Part shown: positions 1 to 12,200 of the stretch, piece after piece | Layout of the letters: the number at the start of each line of letters is the position of its first letter | Position numbering within the stretch: the stretch's first letter is position 1 | Origin: Haliotis cracherodii | Taxonomy: Eukaryota | Direction of reading: 5' to 3' | DNA: 64,000 nucleotides | Assembly: GCF_022045235.1 (NCBI RefSeq) | Contig: NW_027266274.1 | Location: forward strand, 15,128,001 to 15,192,000 | Made by a program: the position numbers and the translations under genes | Notes under the pieces: generated by a model | What the model was told of the DNA's origin: nothing | The model's input: the letters and a program-made list of their open reading frames with translations, nothing else | Databases searched by the model: none

Positions 1-144
1 CCCTTCTGTAGACCAGACTGACTTATCTGTACCCCTTCTGTAGACCAGACTGACTTATCTGTACCCCTTCTGTAGACCAGACTGACTAATCTGTCCCCCT
101 TCTGTAGACCAGACTGACTTATCTGTACCCCTTCTGTAGACCAG
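1..144 (+). repeat. 32-bp tandem array of a splice-acceptor cassette (continues off the window)
   Basis: Unit ACCAGACTGACTTATCTGTACCCCTTCTGTAG; AG ends at 11, 43, 75, 107, 139. Confidence 0.95.
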
Positions 145-279
145 GTAGACAAACAGCAGGAGTCCCTCCAGCGCAGCCAGTCCCTGGAGGAGACCCAGAA
201 GCTGTACGAGGCAGGGAGCTACGACAAGGTGGTTGAGTTCCTGCTCCAGACCTTCTCTCAACCCCGCACAGCCAAGAAG
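140..279 (+). CDS. CABIN1: CABIN1 exon ([47 protein letters not shown])
   Basis: CTGTAG acceptor 138-139 (CAG at 143-144 is an alternative); AAG|GTGAGA donor. Confidence 0.88.
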
Positions 280-3200
280 GTGAGATATACCTCCACCTTC
301 TCTTAACCCCACACAGTCAAATGTTAGCTATATCACCACCTTCTCTCAACCCTGCACAACCAACAAGGTGAGCTATGTCTCTACCTTCTCTTAACCCTGC
401 ACAGCCAACAAGGTGAGCTATATCACCACCTTCTCTCAACCCTGCACAGCCAACAAGGTGAGCTATGTCTCTACATTCTCTTAACCCTGCACAGCCAACA
501 ATTTGAGCTATATCCCCACGTTCTCTCAACCCCACACAGCCAACAAGGTGAGCTATGTCGCCACCTTCTCTCAACCCCACACAGCCAACAAGGTAAGCTA
601 TGTCGCCACCTTCTCTCAACCCCACACAGCCAACAAGGTGAGCTACATCGCCACCTTCTCTCAACCCCACATAGCCAACAAGGTGAGCTACATCGCCACC
701 TTCTCAACCCCATTTTTTATAAAAAAAACAGTGGACTTGATGTCCCCTGCATTGAAAGTGCTGGAATATGCAGCACAAAACCTGTATCTCTGACCCTGAT
801 GTGGATGATGTCTGTTGCAGATATACCAGGGTAAAAGATTCCGGGGTAGAATAGGTCTTCAGCAACCCATGCTTGCCGTAAAAGGTGACTCTGCTTGTCG
901 TAAAAGGCGACTAACGGGATCGGGTGGTCAGGCTCACTGACTTGGTTGATGCATGTCATCGACCCCAATTGCGTGGTTCGATGCTCATGATATTAATCAC
1001 TGGATTGTCTGGTCCAGACTTGATTATTTACAGGCCGCCATCATATAGCTGGCATATTGCTGAGTTCGGCGTTAAACAACAAACAAACAAACAAACAAAT
1101 CTGTTGCAGATATCGGAGGCAGGCAGCTCTCTCCCCGAGCGGCACCGTCAGCTGATGCTGCTCCAGGACTCCCTCTTCAAGCTCAAAGACTACAAGGTTG
1201 GTGTTGAATGTCAAGGGTCTTAATACTCCTAATTCACATCCTAAAGCATGCTCACACCGGCTACATTAATTGCCCAGCCGATGGATCAGTGTGCACTGAA
1301 GTTTTCAGAAATGCCTCTTGCAGTAGGGTATTCAAGGGTACCTGGCATAGGAGATCTAGCTTAACCTAGCTTAACCTAGCTTAGACATCTTTTTGGGTCC
1401 CTTTATGTAGGTACCTTGTATTGGGCCCTGGAAATGAGAAGCTGTTTGTTGACCTCATATTGGGACCTTGTGTGATGTTGTGAAGCGGATCTCACACAGG
1501 GAGCTTGTGTAATTTTTTGAAGGGGACCTCACAAAGGGACCTTCTGTTATGTTCTAAAGGGGACCTCACACAGGGCCCTTGGGTTATGTTATAAAGGGAC
1601 CTCACACAGGGCCCTTGTGTCATGTTATAAAGGGGACCTCAAACAGGGCCCTCGTGTCATGTTATAAAGGGGACCTCACACAGGGCCCTTTGTCATGTTG
1701 TGAAGAGAACATCATATAGGGACCTTGTGTTATGTTGTAAAGGGACCTCACACAAGGACCTTGTGTCATTTTGTAAAGGGACCTCACACAGGGACATTTT
1801 GTATGGTGGCCCATATAGGAGGACCTTGTTTTATGTGGTAAAAGGGACCTCATATGGGGAATTAGTGGCAATTTGTATTGTGGACCTCATACAGAGACAT
1901 TATAAGGGACTTTTTATAGGGACCTTTTGTAGGGGACTTTATATAGGCACCATGTGTAGGGGACTTTAGATAGGGACCATGTGTAGGGGACTTTATATAG
2001 GGACCTTTTGTAGGGGACTTTATCGAGACACCATGTGTAGGGGACTTTATATAGGCACCATGTGTAGGGGACTTTATATAGGGACCTTTTGTAGGGGACT
2101 TTATATAGGCACCATGTGTAGGGGACTTTATATAGGGACCACATGTAGCGGACTTTATATAGGATCCGCGTGTAGGGGACTTTATGTAGACACCATGTGT
2201 AGGGGACTTTATATAGGGACCATGTGTAGGGGACTTTATATAGGGACCATGTGTAGGGGACTTTATATAGGGACCACGTGTAGGGGACTTTATATAGGGA
2301 CCATGTGTTGGGGACCTTATATAGGCACCATGTGTAGGGGACTTTATATAGGGACCGTGTGTAGGGGACTTTATATAGGGACCATGTGTAGGGGACTTTA
2401 TATAGGCACCATGTGTTGTGACTTTATATAGGCACCATGTGTTGTGACTTTATATAGGGACCATGTGTAGGGGACTTTATATAGGGACCGTGTGTAGGGG
2501 ACTTTATATAGGGACCATGTGTAGGGGACTTTATATAGGGACCTTTTGTAGGGGACTTTATATAGGCACCATGTGTATGGGACTTTATATAGGGACCATG
2601 TGTAGGGGACTTTATATAGACACCATGTGTAGGGGACTTTATATAGGGACCTTTTGTAGGGGACTTTATATAAGGACCATGTGTAGGGGACTTTATTTAG
2701 GGACCTTTTGTAGGGGACTTTATATAGGCACCATGTGTAGGGGACTTTATATAGGGACCTTTTGTAGGGGACTTTATATAGGACCATGTGTAGGGGACTT
2801 TATATAGGGACCTTTTGTAGGGGACTTTTTATAGGAACCTTTTGTAGGGGACTTTATATAGGCACCATGTGTGGGGGACTTTATATAGGGACCACATGTA
2901 GGGGACTTTATATAGACACCATGTGTAGGGGACTTTATATAGACACGACGTGTAGGGGACTTTATATAGGGACCATGTGTAGGGGACTTTATATAGGACC
3001 ACATGTAGGGGACTTTATACAGGGACCACGTGTAGGGGACTTTATATAGGGACCATGTGTAGGGGACTTTATACAGGGACCATGTGTAGGGGACTTTATA
3101 TAGGGACCACGTGTAGGGGACTTTATAGAGGGACCACGTGTAGGGGACTTTATATAGGGAACATGTGTAGGGGGCTTTATATAGGGACCACGTGCAGGGG

Positions 3201-6200
3201 ACTTTATATAGACACCACGTGTAGGGGACTTTATATAGGGACCATGTGTAGGGGACTTTATATAGGGACCACGTGTAGGGGACTTTATATAGGGACCATG
3301 TGTAGGGGACTTTATATAGACACCACGTGTAGGGGACTTTATATAGACACCATGTGTAGGGGACTTTATATAGACACCACGTGTAGGGGACTTTATATAG
3401 ACACCATGTGTAGGGGACTTTATGTAGGGACCATGTGTAGGGGACTTTATGTAGGGACCATGTGTAGGGGACTTTATATAGGGACCACGTGTAGGGGACT
3501 TTATATATAGGGACCACGTGTAGGGGACTTTATATAGGGACCACGTGTAGGGGACTTTATATAGGGACCATGTGTAGGGGACTTTATATAGGGACCATGT
3601 GTAGGGGACTTTATATAGGGACCATGTGTAGGGGACTTTATATAAAGGGACCATGTGTAGGGGACTTTATACTAGGGACCATGTGTAGGGGACTTTATAT
3701 AGGGACCACGTGTATGGGACTTTATATAGGGACCACGTGTAGGGGACTTTATATAGACACCATGTGTAGGGGACTTTATATAGGGACCGTGTGTAGGGAA
3801 CTTTATATAAGGACCATGTGTAGGGGACTTTATATAGGCACCATGTGTTGGGACTTTATATAGGCACCATGTGTTGGGACTTTATATAGGCACCATTTGT
3901 TGTGACTTTATATAGGGACCATGTGTTGGGACTTTATATAGGACCATGTGTAGGGGACTTTATATAGGACCATGTGTAGGGGACTTTATATAGGACCATG
4001 TGTTGGGACTTTGTATAGACACCACGTGTAGGGGACTTTATATAGGACCATGTGTAGGGTACTTTATATAGGACCATGTGTAGGGGACTTTATATAGGAC
4101 CATGTGTAGGGGACTTTATATAGGACCATGTGTTGGGGACTTTATACAGGGACCACGTGTAGGGGACTTTATATAGGGACCATGTGTAGGGGACTTTATA
4201 CAGGGACCGTGTGTAGGGGACTTTATATAGGGACCACGTGTAGGGGACTTTATATAGGGACCACGTGTAGGGGACTTTATATAGGGACCATGTGTAGGGG
4301 ACTTTATATAGGGAACATGTGTAGGGGCTTTATATAGGGACCATGTGCAGGGGACTTTATATAGACACCACGTGTAGGGGACTTTATATAGGGACCATGT
4401 GTAGGGGACTTTATATAGGGACCACGTGTAGGGGACTTTATATAGGGACCATGTGTAGGGGACTTTATATAGACACCACGTGTAGGGGACTTTATATAGA
4501 CACCATGTGTAGGGGACTTTATATAGACACCATGTGTAGGGGACTTTATATAGACACCACGTGTAGGGGACTTTATATAGACACCATGTGTATGGGACTT
4601 TATGTAGGGACCATGTGTAGGGGACTTTATATAGGGACCGTGTGTAGGGAACTTTATATAAGGACCATGTGTAGGGGACTTTATATAGGCACCATGTGTT
4701 GTGACTTTATATAGGCACCATGTGTTGTGACTTTATATAGGGACCATGTGTTTGGACTTTATATAGGACCATGTGTAGGGGACTTTATATAGGACCATGT
4801 GTAGGGGACTTTATATAGGACCATGTGTTGGGACTTTGTATAGACACCACGTGTAGGGGACTTTATATGGGACCATGTTTAGGGGACTTTATATAGGACC
4901 ATGTGTAGGGGACTTTATATAGGACCATGTGTTGGGACTTTGTATAGACACCACGTGTAGGGGACTTTATATAGACACCACGTGTAGGGGACTTTATATA
5001 GACACCATGTGTAGGGGACTTTATGTATTGGAGAAAACACTTTCCCTCGGTTTTAGTAGACAGAGCATGCCCTGGGGAGAGGGAAAAACCAAGGAGGCGG
5101 AGCCCCCACGGTTTTCCCAATCCCCAGGGCATGCTCTGTCTACCAAAACCAAGTGAAAGTGTTTTTCCATACTTATAAACTGTCTAAATTGATTAAATGT
5201 TATAACGAGCATCTATAAATGAGGGGCTTCATTATAGTGCTTCCTTGAAGACGTGATATCATAACTTGCATGAGAAATTCACTGACTTGCCAGGCGTTCA
5301 AGAGTACTTGGATTTGTCAACAACAAAACACAACTAAAATTCTTACTTTTAAATGAAAGAGAAATCTTCAGTTTCTAAATGTTTGTGTTGCAGTATTCCA
5401 CTTCTTTTAAACTTTTCAAAACGAAAATTTGCAAATTTTAAAGGTGTTTTTTGCTTTACAAGATTTTTGACTTTGAACAATCCAACTGTTACATAGAGGT
5501 ATTTGTGACGTAACGGCTAGCAGTTACTGCACGTGCAAATTGTGCAGCATTGATAAGCACTTGTTTAAAAGCGTATGTTTTGAAACCTCGCTGTCCTTTC
5601 ACCAGAAGTGATGTCACTTTTAAATGTCCACGCGGAACTGTACACATGACATTCAATATTAATTGAATTAAAATTTTGAATTGCTACTTGTCATTTTTTC
5701 AGTAAACCTGGGATTTGAGGTTTCATATTCAAAGTAAAACCTCCCGAACAAAAATAAAACCTCATAATAGGTTTTACTTTGAATGTAAAACCTCATAATA
5801 AGTTTTACTTTGAAAGTAAAACCTCACAATAGGTTTTAATGCCTATAGAAGGAACTCTCTTACTTAATAGCGATCCCAATGAATAGGTTTATAAATAGGC
5901 ACCACGTGTAGGGGACTTTATATAGGGACCACGTGTAGGGGACTTTATATAGACACCACGTGTAGGGGACTTTATAAAGGGACCACGTGTAGGGGACTTT
6001 ATATAGACACCACGTGTAGGGGACTTTATATAGACACCATGTGTAGGGGACTTTATATAGGCACCACGTGTAGGGGACTTTATATAGACACCACGTGTAG
6101 GGGACTTTATAAAGGGACCACGTGTAGGGGACTTTATAAAGGGACCACGTGTAGGGGACTTTATATAGACACCATGTGTAGGGGACTTTATATAGGCACA

Positions 6201-9200
6201 GTGTGTAGGGGACTTTCTATAGGCACCGTGTGTAGGGGACTTTATACAGGGACCACGTGTAAGGGACTTTATATATGTAAATCCTTCCAGAAATGTCTGC
6301 TGTGGGGTGAGGTGTCCTTCAATGAAGCTCTCCAGTGTTACCGGCGGGCGTCGGGGCAGTCACGGGATGAATGGCTCACTACCATCAGACAGATCTTTGA
6401 CCACATCAACAAGTGAGAAGCCACATATTTTAATCATTTTCAGTTTTCAAGAATGGAAATATTTGCTGTCAGAAGACATTTTCTTGAAGTGTTTGTAATG
6501 TTCAACTAAATGTTTGTCAAACTTTGTGACATATCCTTGAATAGAATTAGGTGAAGGAATTGTCATTTTAGCTTGCCGCCATAACTCAGTAAGATCTGTT
6601 GTGAAAAAAATGAAATTCTGTGGAGAGTGGCATCAGTTGTCTGTCACTGACTCACTTGCTCCTCCTCTCAACACACAGAGTCCTAGACATGGATGAGAGC
6701 ATACTGAAGAGCCTCCCATCCAGCAACACCGTCCGCCACACTCAGAACCTCATCCGCATGATCGAGCTGACGATGGACGCTTCGGACACTTCCCCCGAGG
6801 TGCCAAACACGGTCGTGTTGTCATGGATACTGTTGTCCAGACTCATCAAAAGGTATGAATTCACGAATATGAACTCATTAATATCTGAATAGTTTCTTGC
6901 AAACCTAGGCTTAAAAAATGTGCAGCGTATGTAAACATTCAAACATCTTACATCGACAAACTGTGGCCAAGGTTTTACCAGATGCCAAGTATCTCATCCT
7001 GGACTCGTACAATTTGATATTGGGCACAAGTAGTTTACATTGTAAGTCCTGTGGAATTCGATAAGGTCTGTTTAAAGCATAAACAATTATCAATATAGAT
7101 TGTGTGGTACAGGTAAAAGTAAGTTCTGTTCTCATAAGAAATACACTCAAGCCTCAGGGCATCAGTGGTTCATTTGCTTCAATCTATCATCTCTACATGG
7201 AGCTTGCTATGGGTGGCCCAATGTTCATGTCTGGACTCCAAACTGTGATGACTGTAATGTATGGACCTAAGTAAAACCCTGTATGGCAATAAGGACCCTA
7301 ATGACATTGAGACTTCTTTAAGTTCAGTCCATCAAGTTTACTGATGCAGGCTTCCGGCAAGATACGAACAACGTGTTCACCAGACACATGTGCCTGGAGA
7401 GCAGGCAACAACAGTTGCTCTTTTATGTGCGCTTCTTATTTCAAGTATTTTACAGTCTCTTCGTGCATTTATTATACCATTGACATTTATAGTTGTGTGT
7501 ATAATTATACATGTACAGTTTGTGTGTATAATAATACATGTACAGTTTGGTATATAATTATACATGTACAGTTTCTGTATAATTATACATGTACAGTTTC
7601 TGGATAATTATACATGTACAGTTTGTATATACAATTACACATGACGTTTGTGTGTATAATTATACATGTACAGTTTGTATATAAAATTATACATGTCGAT
7701 AAAGTGTATAATTATAATGTACAGTTTATATGTATGATTATACATGTACAGTTTGTACATCCTGGTTGCAGCGACACTATCATGTCAAGTGTCCAGCATC
7801 CCCACTGCTTCCTGCATAGTCAGCCCTGTATCCAAGGCCCCTTTTTTACTACAGCATTGATTTTTGTGCCAGTCAGTCATTGCTGAGATGTAGCTAGAGC
7901 TTGGACCAACCTGTCTGTATGTGTGTGTGTCTGCAGTGAGGAGGCCAAGTTGAGGTCCATGCTGGCGCCGGGGGAGGAGGGGACCAACATGGACGGCGCC
8001 ATCAGCAGCTCCCTCATGCTGCTCAACGTCGCACACGAGTATCTTGGGAGGTAAGTCAACAGTTTAAGGAATAGACAGATACTGATTTATATTTGGCTAT
8101 GGACCTGTGCCACTTTCAAGTGAATAATGTTATAAGCCACCCTTTTTTATTACATAATTGGGGCGGTGGGGTAGCCTACTGGTTAAAGCGTTCGCTCATC
8201 ATGCCGAAGACCCGGGTTCGATTCCCGACATGGGTACAATGTGTGAAGCCCATTTCTGGTGTCCCCCACAGTGATATTGCTGGAATATTGCTAAAAGCGG
8301 CATAAAACCTCATTCACTCACTCACTATTACATAATTATGCTCGTAGATTTGCTTTTTGTCTTGTCAATATTTATCAGAATAACTCTGCTGTTTAAATTC
8401 AGTGAGTCATTGTAACCATTAATATACTGGAAATTATTATTGTTTACAGTTTGGACAATTGATATGCAGATAAATGTGTTTGGTCCAAAGATATAGTTTG
8501 CTTGATTGTTTCAAATGTGGTTGATCCTTAACTACAGACAAGGTCTTACTTCAGTCTTTCCTGACACATTAACCTCACAAAAAGTCGTGTAACTGAAATA
8601 TTGTTCAAAGCAACACCCGTGAAGACCCAGGGAAGTATAGGTCTTCAGCAACCCATGCTTGCCGTAAAAGGCGACTAAACTTGTCGTGACTAACGAGATC
8701 GGGTGGTCAGGCTCTGTGACTTGGTTGATGCATGTCATCGTATTGTTCATGGATCAATGCTCATGATGCCAATCACTGGTTTGTCTGGTCCCGACTCGAC
8801 TGTTTACAGACCACTGTCATGTAGCCGGAATATTTCTGAGTGTGGCGTTAAACAACAAACAAACAGATTAAAGCAACATTAAACTGAACTCACTCACTTG
8901 TAAATTCTCTTGAAGAAGAAGCCAGTCAAAAATAAAAAATAAATAATTTTTTTAAAAAATTTTGAGGGTTAGCATAAGATGACACTTCTGTGCTACTTCA
9001 GACACTCGTGGTGCACCAAGTCGGATGGTGCTCTGCTGCTGTACTTCCTCAATGAGCTGGAGCAGGAGATGAAGAAGCCCCACTTCATCAGGGAGGGGCT
9101 GGACATGGCCCTGGAGCAGTGCATCTTCTGTCTGTACGGACACCCACACAAGCGGGGCAAGGCCAAGCACCTGCAGGACCATAACGCTCCACCGGTCAGT

Positions 9201-12200
9201 CAGTCACCCTGCCTAATAATCAAACTCAAGGAACAAACCTCCTGTATAACTGTTCCTGTATTCATGTCTTCCTGGTTTACAGATACATTGACTCAGATTA
9301 AGAATAATAAGGATTTTGAGTTGTCTTTTTTCTTCCAAGTGGGTTTGCTAACTTACTTCAGTAATGAAATAACATAGGTAGGGACGTGACCTGGGACCAC
9401 TTGCACAAAGCGATCTTAGCTCTACGACTATTGTAAGCCTATGTTAAAGTATGGGAGTCGCGATCATCTTAGCGCTAAGATCGCTTTGTGCAAGTGGGCC
9501 CTGGTTTCCAGAAAAAATATCCATCAACAAAGTCTTTAAGCATTGGAACTGACTTGTTGATCTCAGCTTTGTTTTGTCTTTCAATGTTTTGGTACAGTCA
9601 CCTCTATGAATAAGCCCATTCTGTCTTTCTGGTACTCCAGCCTCTAAATGCCATGTCAATGTCTTTAGATATTATGTTCTGTGCCAGATATACCAAAAAC
9701 ATTTGTCCGTTTGTTTGTTTATTCTTGTTAAAGAAAAACAGTTGATTAAATACACCAAGAACTATTTAATTACCCAATGAATGTTGCTTGTCTTTCAGAT
9801 ACCTTTTGTCTGGGAAAAGGCCGGGATAGTGTTTGACTACTTCAAACCCTCCACCTTCCCTGAGTACGACAGCTACAAAGCCAACACAGTGTCAGCTGAG
9901 GTAATCACTTCAGTCAAAGTGATTCTATCATTCTCTTCTGATAGAAACAGCAGGGACTTATTTATTTTGGGAGTCCTGGGACTCAAAGCTTTGAATTGTC
10001 TGGGTCCCAGTTTGAAATAGGGGGGTCCCATGCAACAAAATGAGGGTCCCAGAGAAATGTTCAAAATCTGATATAGCACTCTACAAGAAATGACATAAAA
10101 TTGCATATGTTCAGAGGCTGCTAGTAAAAAAAAAGATATGGAGTTGGTCAGTTGAAAGGAAAGAATCTCTATTGTATTTTTCAGTGTACAGAAATAAGTG
10201 GCACCAAATAATGAAATAGCATTCATTACTAGACATACAGACCTGTGAAGATCCGGGGTAGAATAGGTCTTCAGCAACCCATGCTTGCCGTTAAAGGCGA
10301 CTATGCTTGTCGTTAGTGCCGACTAACGGTATCGGGTGGTCAAGCTTGCTGACTTGGTTGATGCATGTCATTGATCCCAATTGTGTGGATCGATGCTCAT
10401 GATATTAATCACAGGATTGTCTGGTCCAGACTCGATTATTTACAGAACGCCGTCATATGGCTGTAATATTGCTGACTGCGGCGTTAAAAAACAAACTAAC
10501 AAACAAAACAAAACTAGACATGCAAACACATTTTCTGCATCCCACTGGTTGCAATCTGATTAATATTGAAGTTTGGCATGTTCACTATACTGGGACATGG
10601 AAACATGGAAGGTATATAAAAGTATAGCCTTGTTCTTGGGTACAAAAGCATGGGTACAGCTATTTCTTTTCATCTTGACATATGTTTACACATGATATTA
10701 TAAGATGGTACTTGTTGTTTTCCTGCCTGGTGCTCGCATTAAGAGGCTAAAACAAGGACTGGGTGTGGGCTCGGAGTCAGTATACAGTGTCTGAATGGGG
10801 TATTCATGTAAAACTGTGGCAAGAGATCTCAGTGGGCTAGCACTTCAAAACAAGCTTTAGTCTGGACTAGTACAAGCAACCACACACGCACATGAACATG
10901 ATGTTAAACCCCATTTCACCACCACCACTATATCTCTGGCTACAACAAAGAATTCAAGTTATTGACACCATATTATGGTCATACTGCAATACGCTTTTCA
11001 AACGATATGTTTTGCAATATGTTTTTCTGTGTTTTGGTGTATTGGTAAAGAAAAATGTGACACGCTTTGACATTATTTGTATCATTTGGCCAAGTGTCTA
11101 CCCTGAAATTTATTCACAATGATGTTTCTCTTCGAAATTCATTGACAAAACAGGACCCCTGTATCCATGACTTCCAAATGGCTGCGACTGACCATATTTT
11201 ATTTTAGTATGTAGAAAATAATATCTGCATGTACGATCAATGTAAATCAATGTTAAACACTTTAGCTCCAAATATATAATGCCTTTACAACTCATGAATA
11301 TGAAGGTGATCCGTCATACCTGCAGGACCCGGATGTGCCAAAGGACTAACCGATGTTCTGTATTTCAGTTTGAGAATCTGCTCCGCCGGTTGTTTGCTCT
11401 GGTTCCAAGTGATCTCGGTGCAGGTGAGAAAACATAGTATCGCAGCGATGCCAGCCAATATGATTTTGGCTGCAAGTCATTTGGTGCTATGTGATAAATG
11501 GTGCACTTCACTCAAACACTGTATTCATATGCAATTTCTAAAGCTACTCCATATGAGTGAAATTACGTGTCAAACATTGATTAGGTCAGGAATGGCATTG
11601 TAAGTTGTAGCAGGATCATGAAGGGTACATGAGTTTTTTTTGCGTCTTCCGTTAAGTTTTATGCCATAAGCCCATGTACTCTGAGTGACCCTGCTGAGTG
11701 ACCAACATGTTTTAATATGACGTTGTAAAAGAATTAAAACAAATTCAAAATTGATAGAAAACAGCTCTTTGAATGAGCTGCGGTTAGTTTTTGCTATGTC
11801 ACATGACTTTCTTTAACTCAGAAAAAAGGATGCAGCTTTTTGCATTGAAGTGGGGTATAAAGGATTTATTCTGCCTCTCAGAAATCCATGTGCAGCCAGA
11901 TTTTGTCATGGCTGGGTATAAGGGATTTATTCACCCTCTTATAAATTTATTTCCCTCCAAGGCGGGATACATAGTTTTTTTATCAAGATCACTCAAACCA
12001 ATCAGATCTCATCATAATGACATGGAGGTATGATATATTATGATGAAGAGATTACTACTTTTGTGTGTTGCTGCATAGTAGTAAGTACAAGGGGGGTTCT
12101 GGACCACACTGTTGTGGACCTGGTCCAGGCCCTGAAAATGCTTCCATGTAATTTTTATGTTTTTTGTCAATTATGGCAAAAGCATGATAAGACAAAAGAT

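Noticed and set aside
55-793. Minus- and plus-strand ORFs over the donor array ([14 protein letters not shown] / [15 protein letters not shown])
   Set aside because: A by-product of 45-bp periodicity; separated from the exon frame by a TAA and a 2-bp deletion
1662-6280. Many Cys-rich ORFs (CRGLYIGTM)n and (SLYKVPYTW)n
   Set aside because: Translations of a 27-bp intronic satellite, open on both strands and broken by 26-bp units
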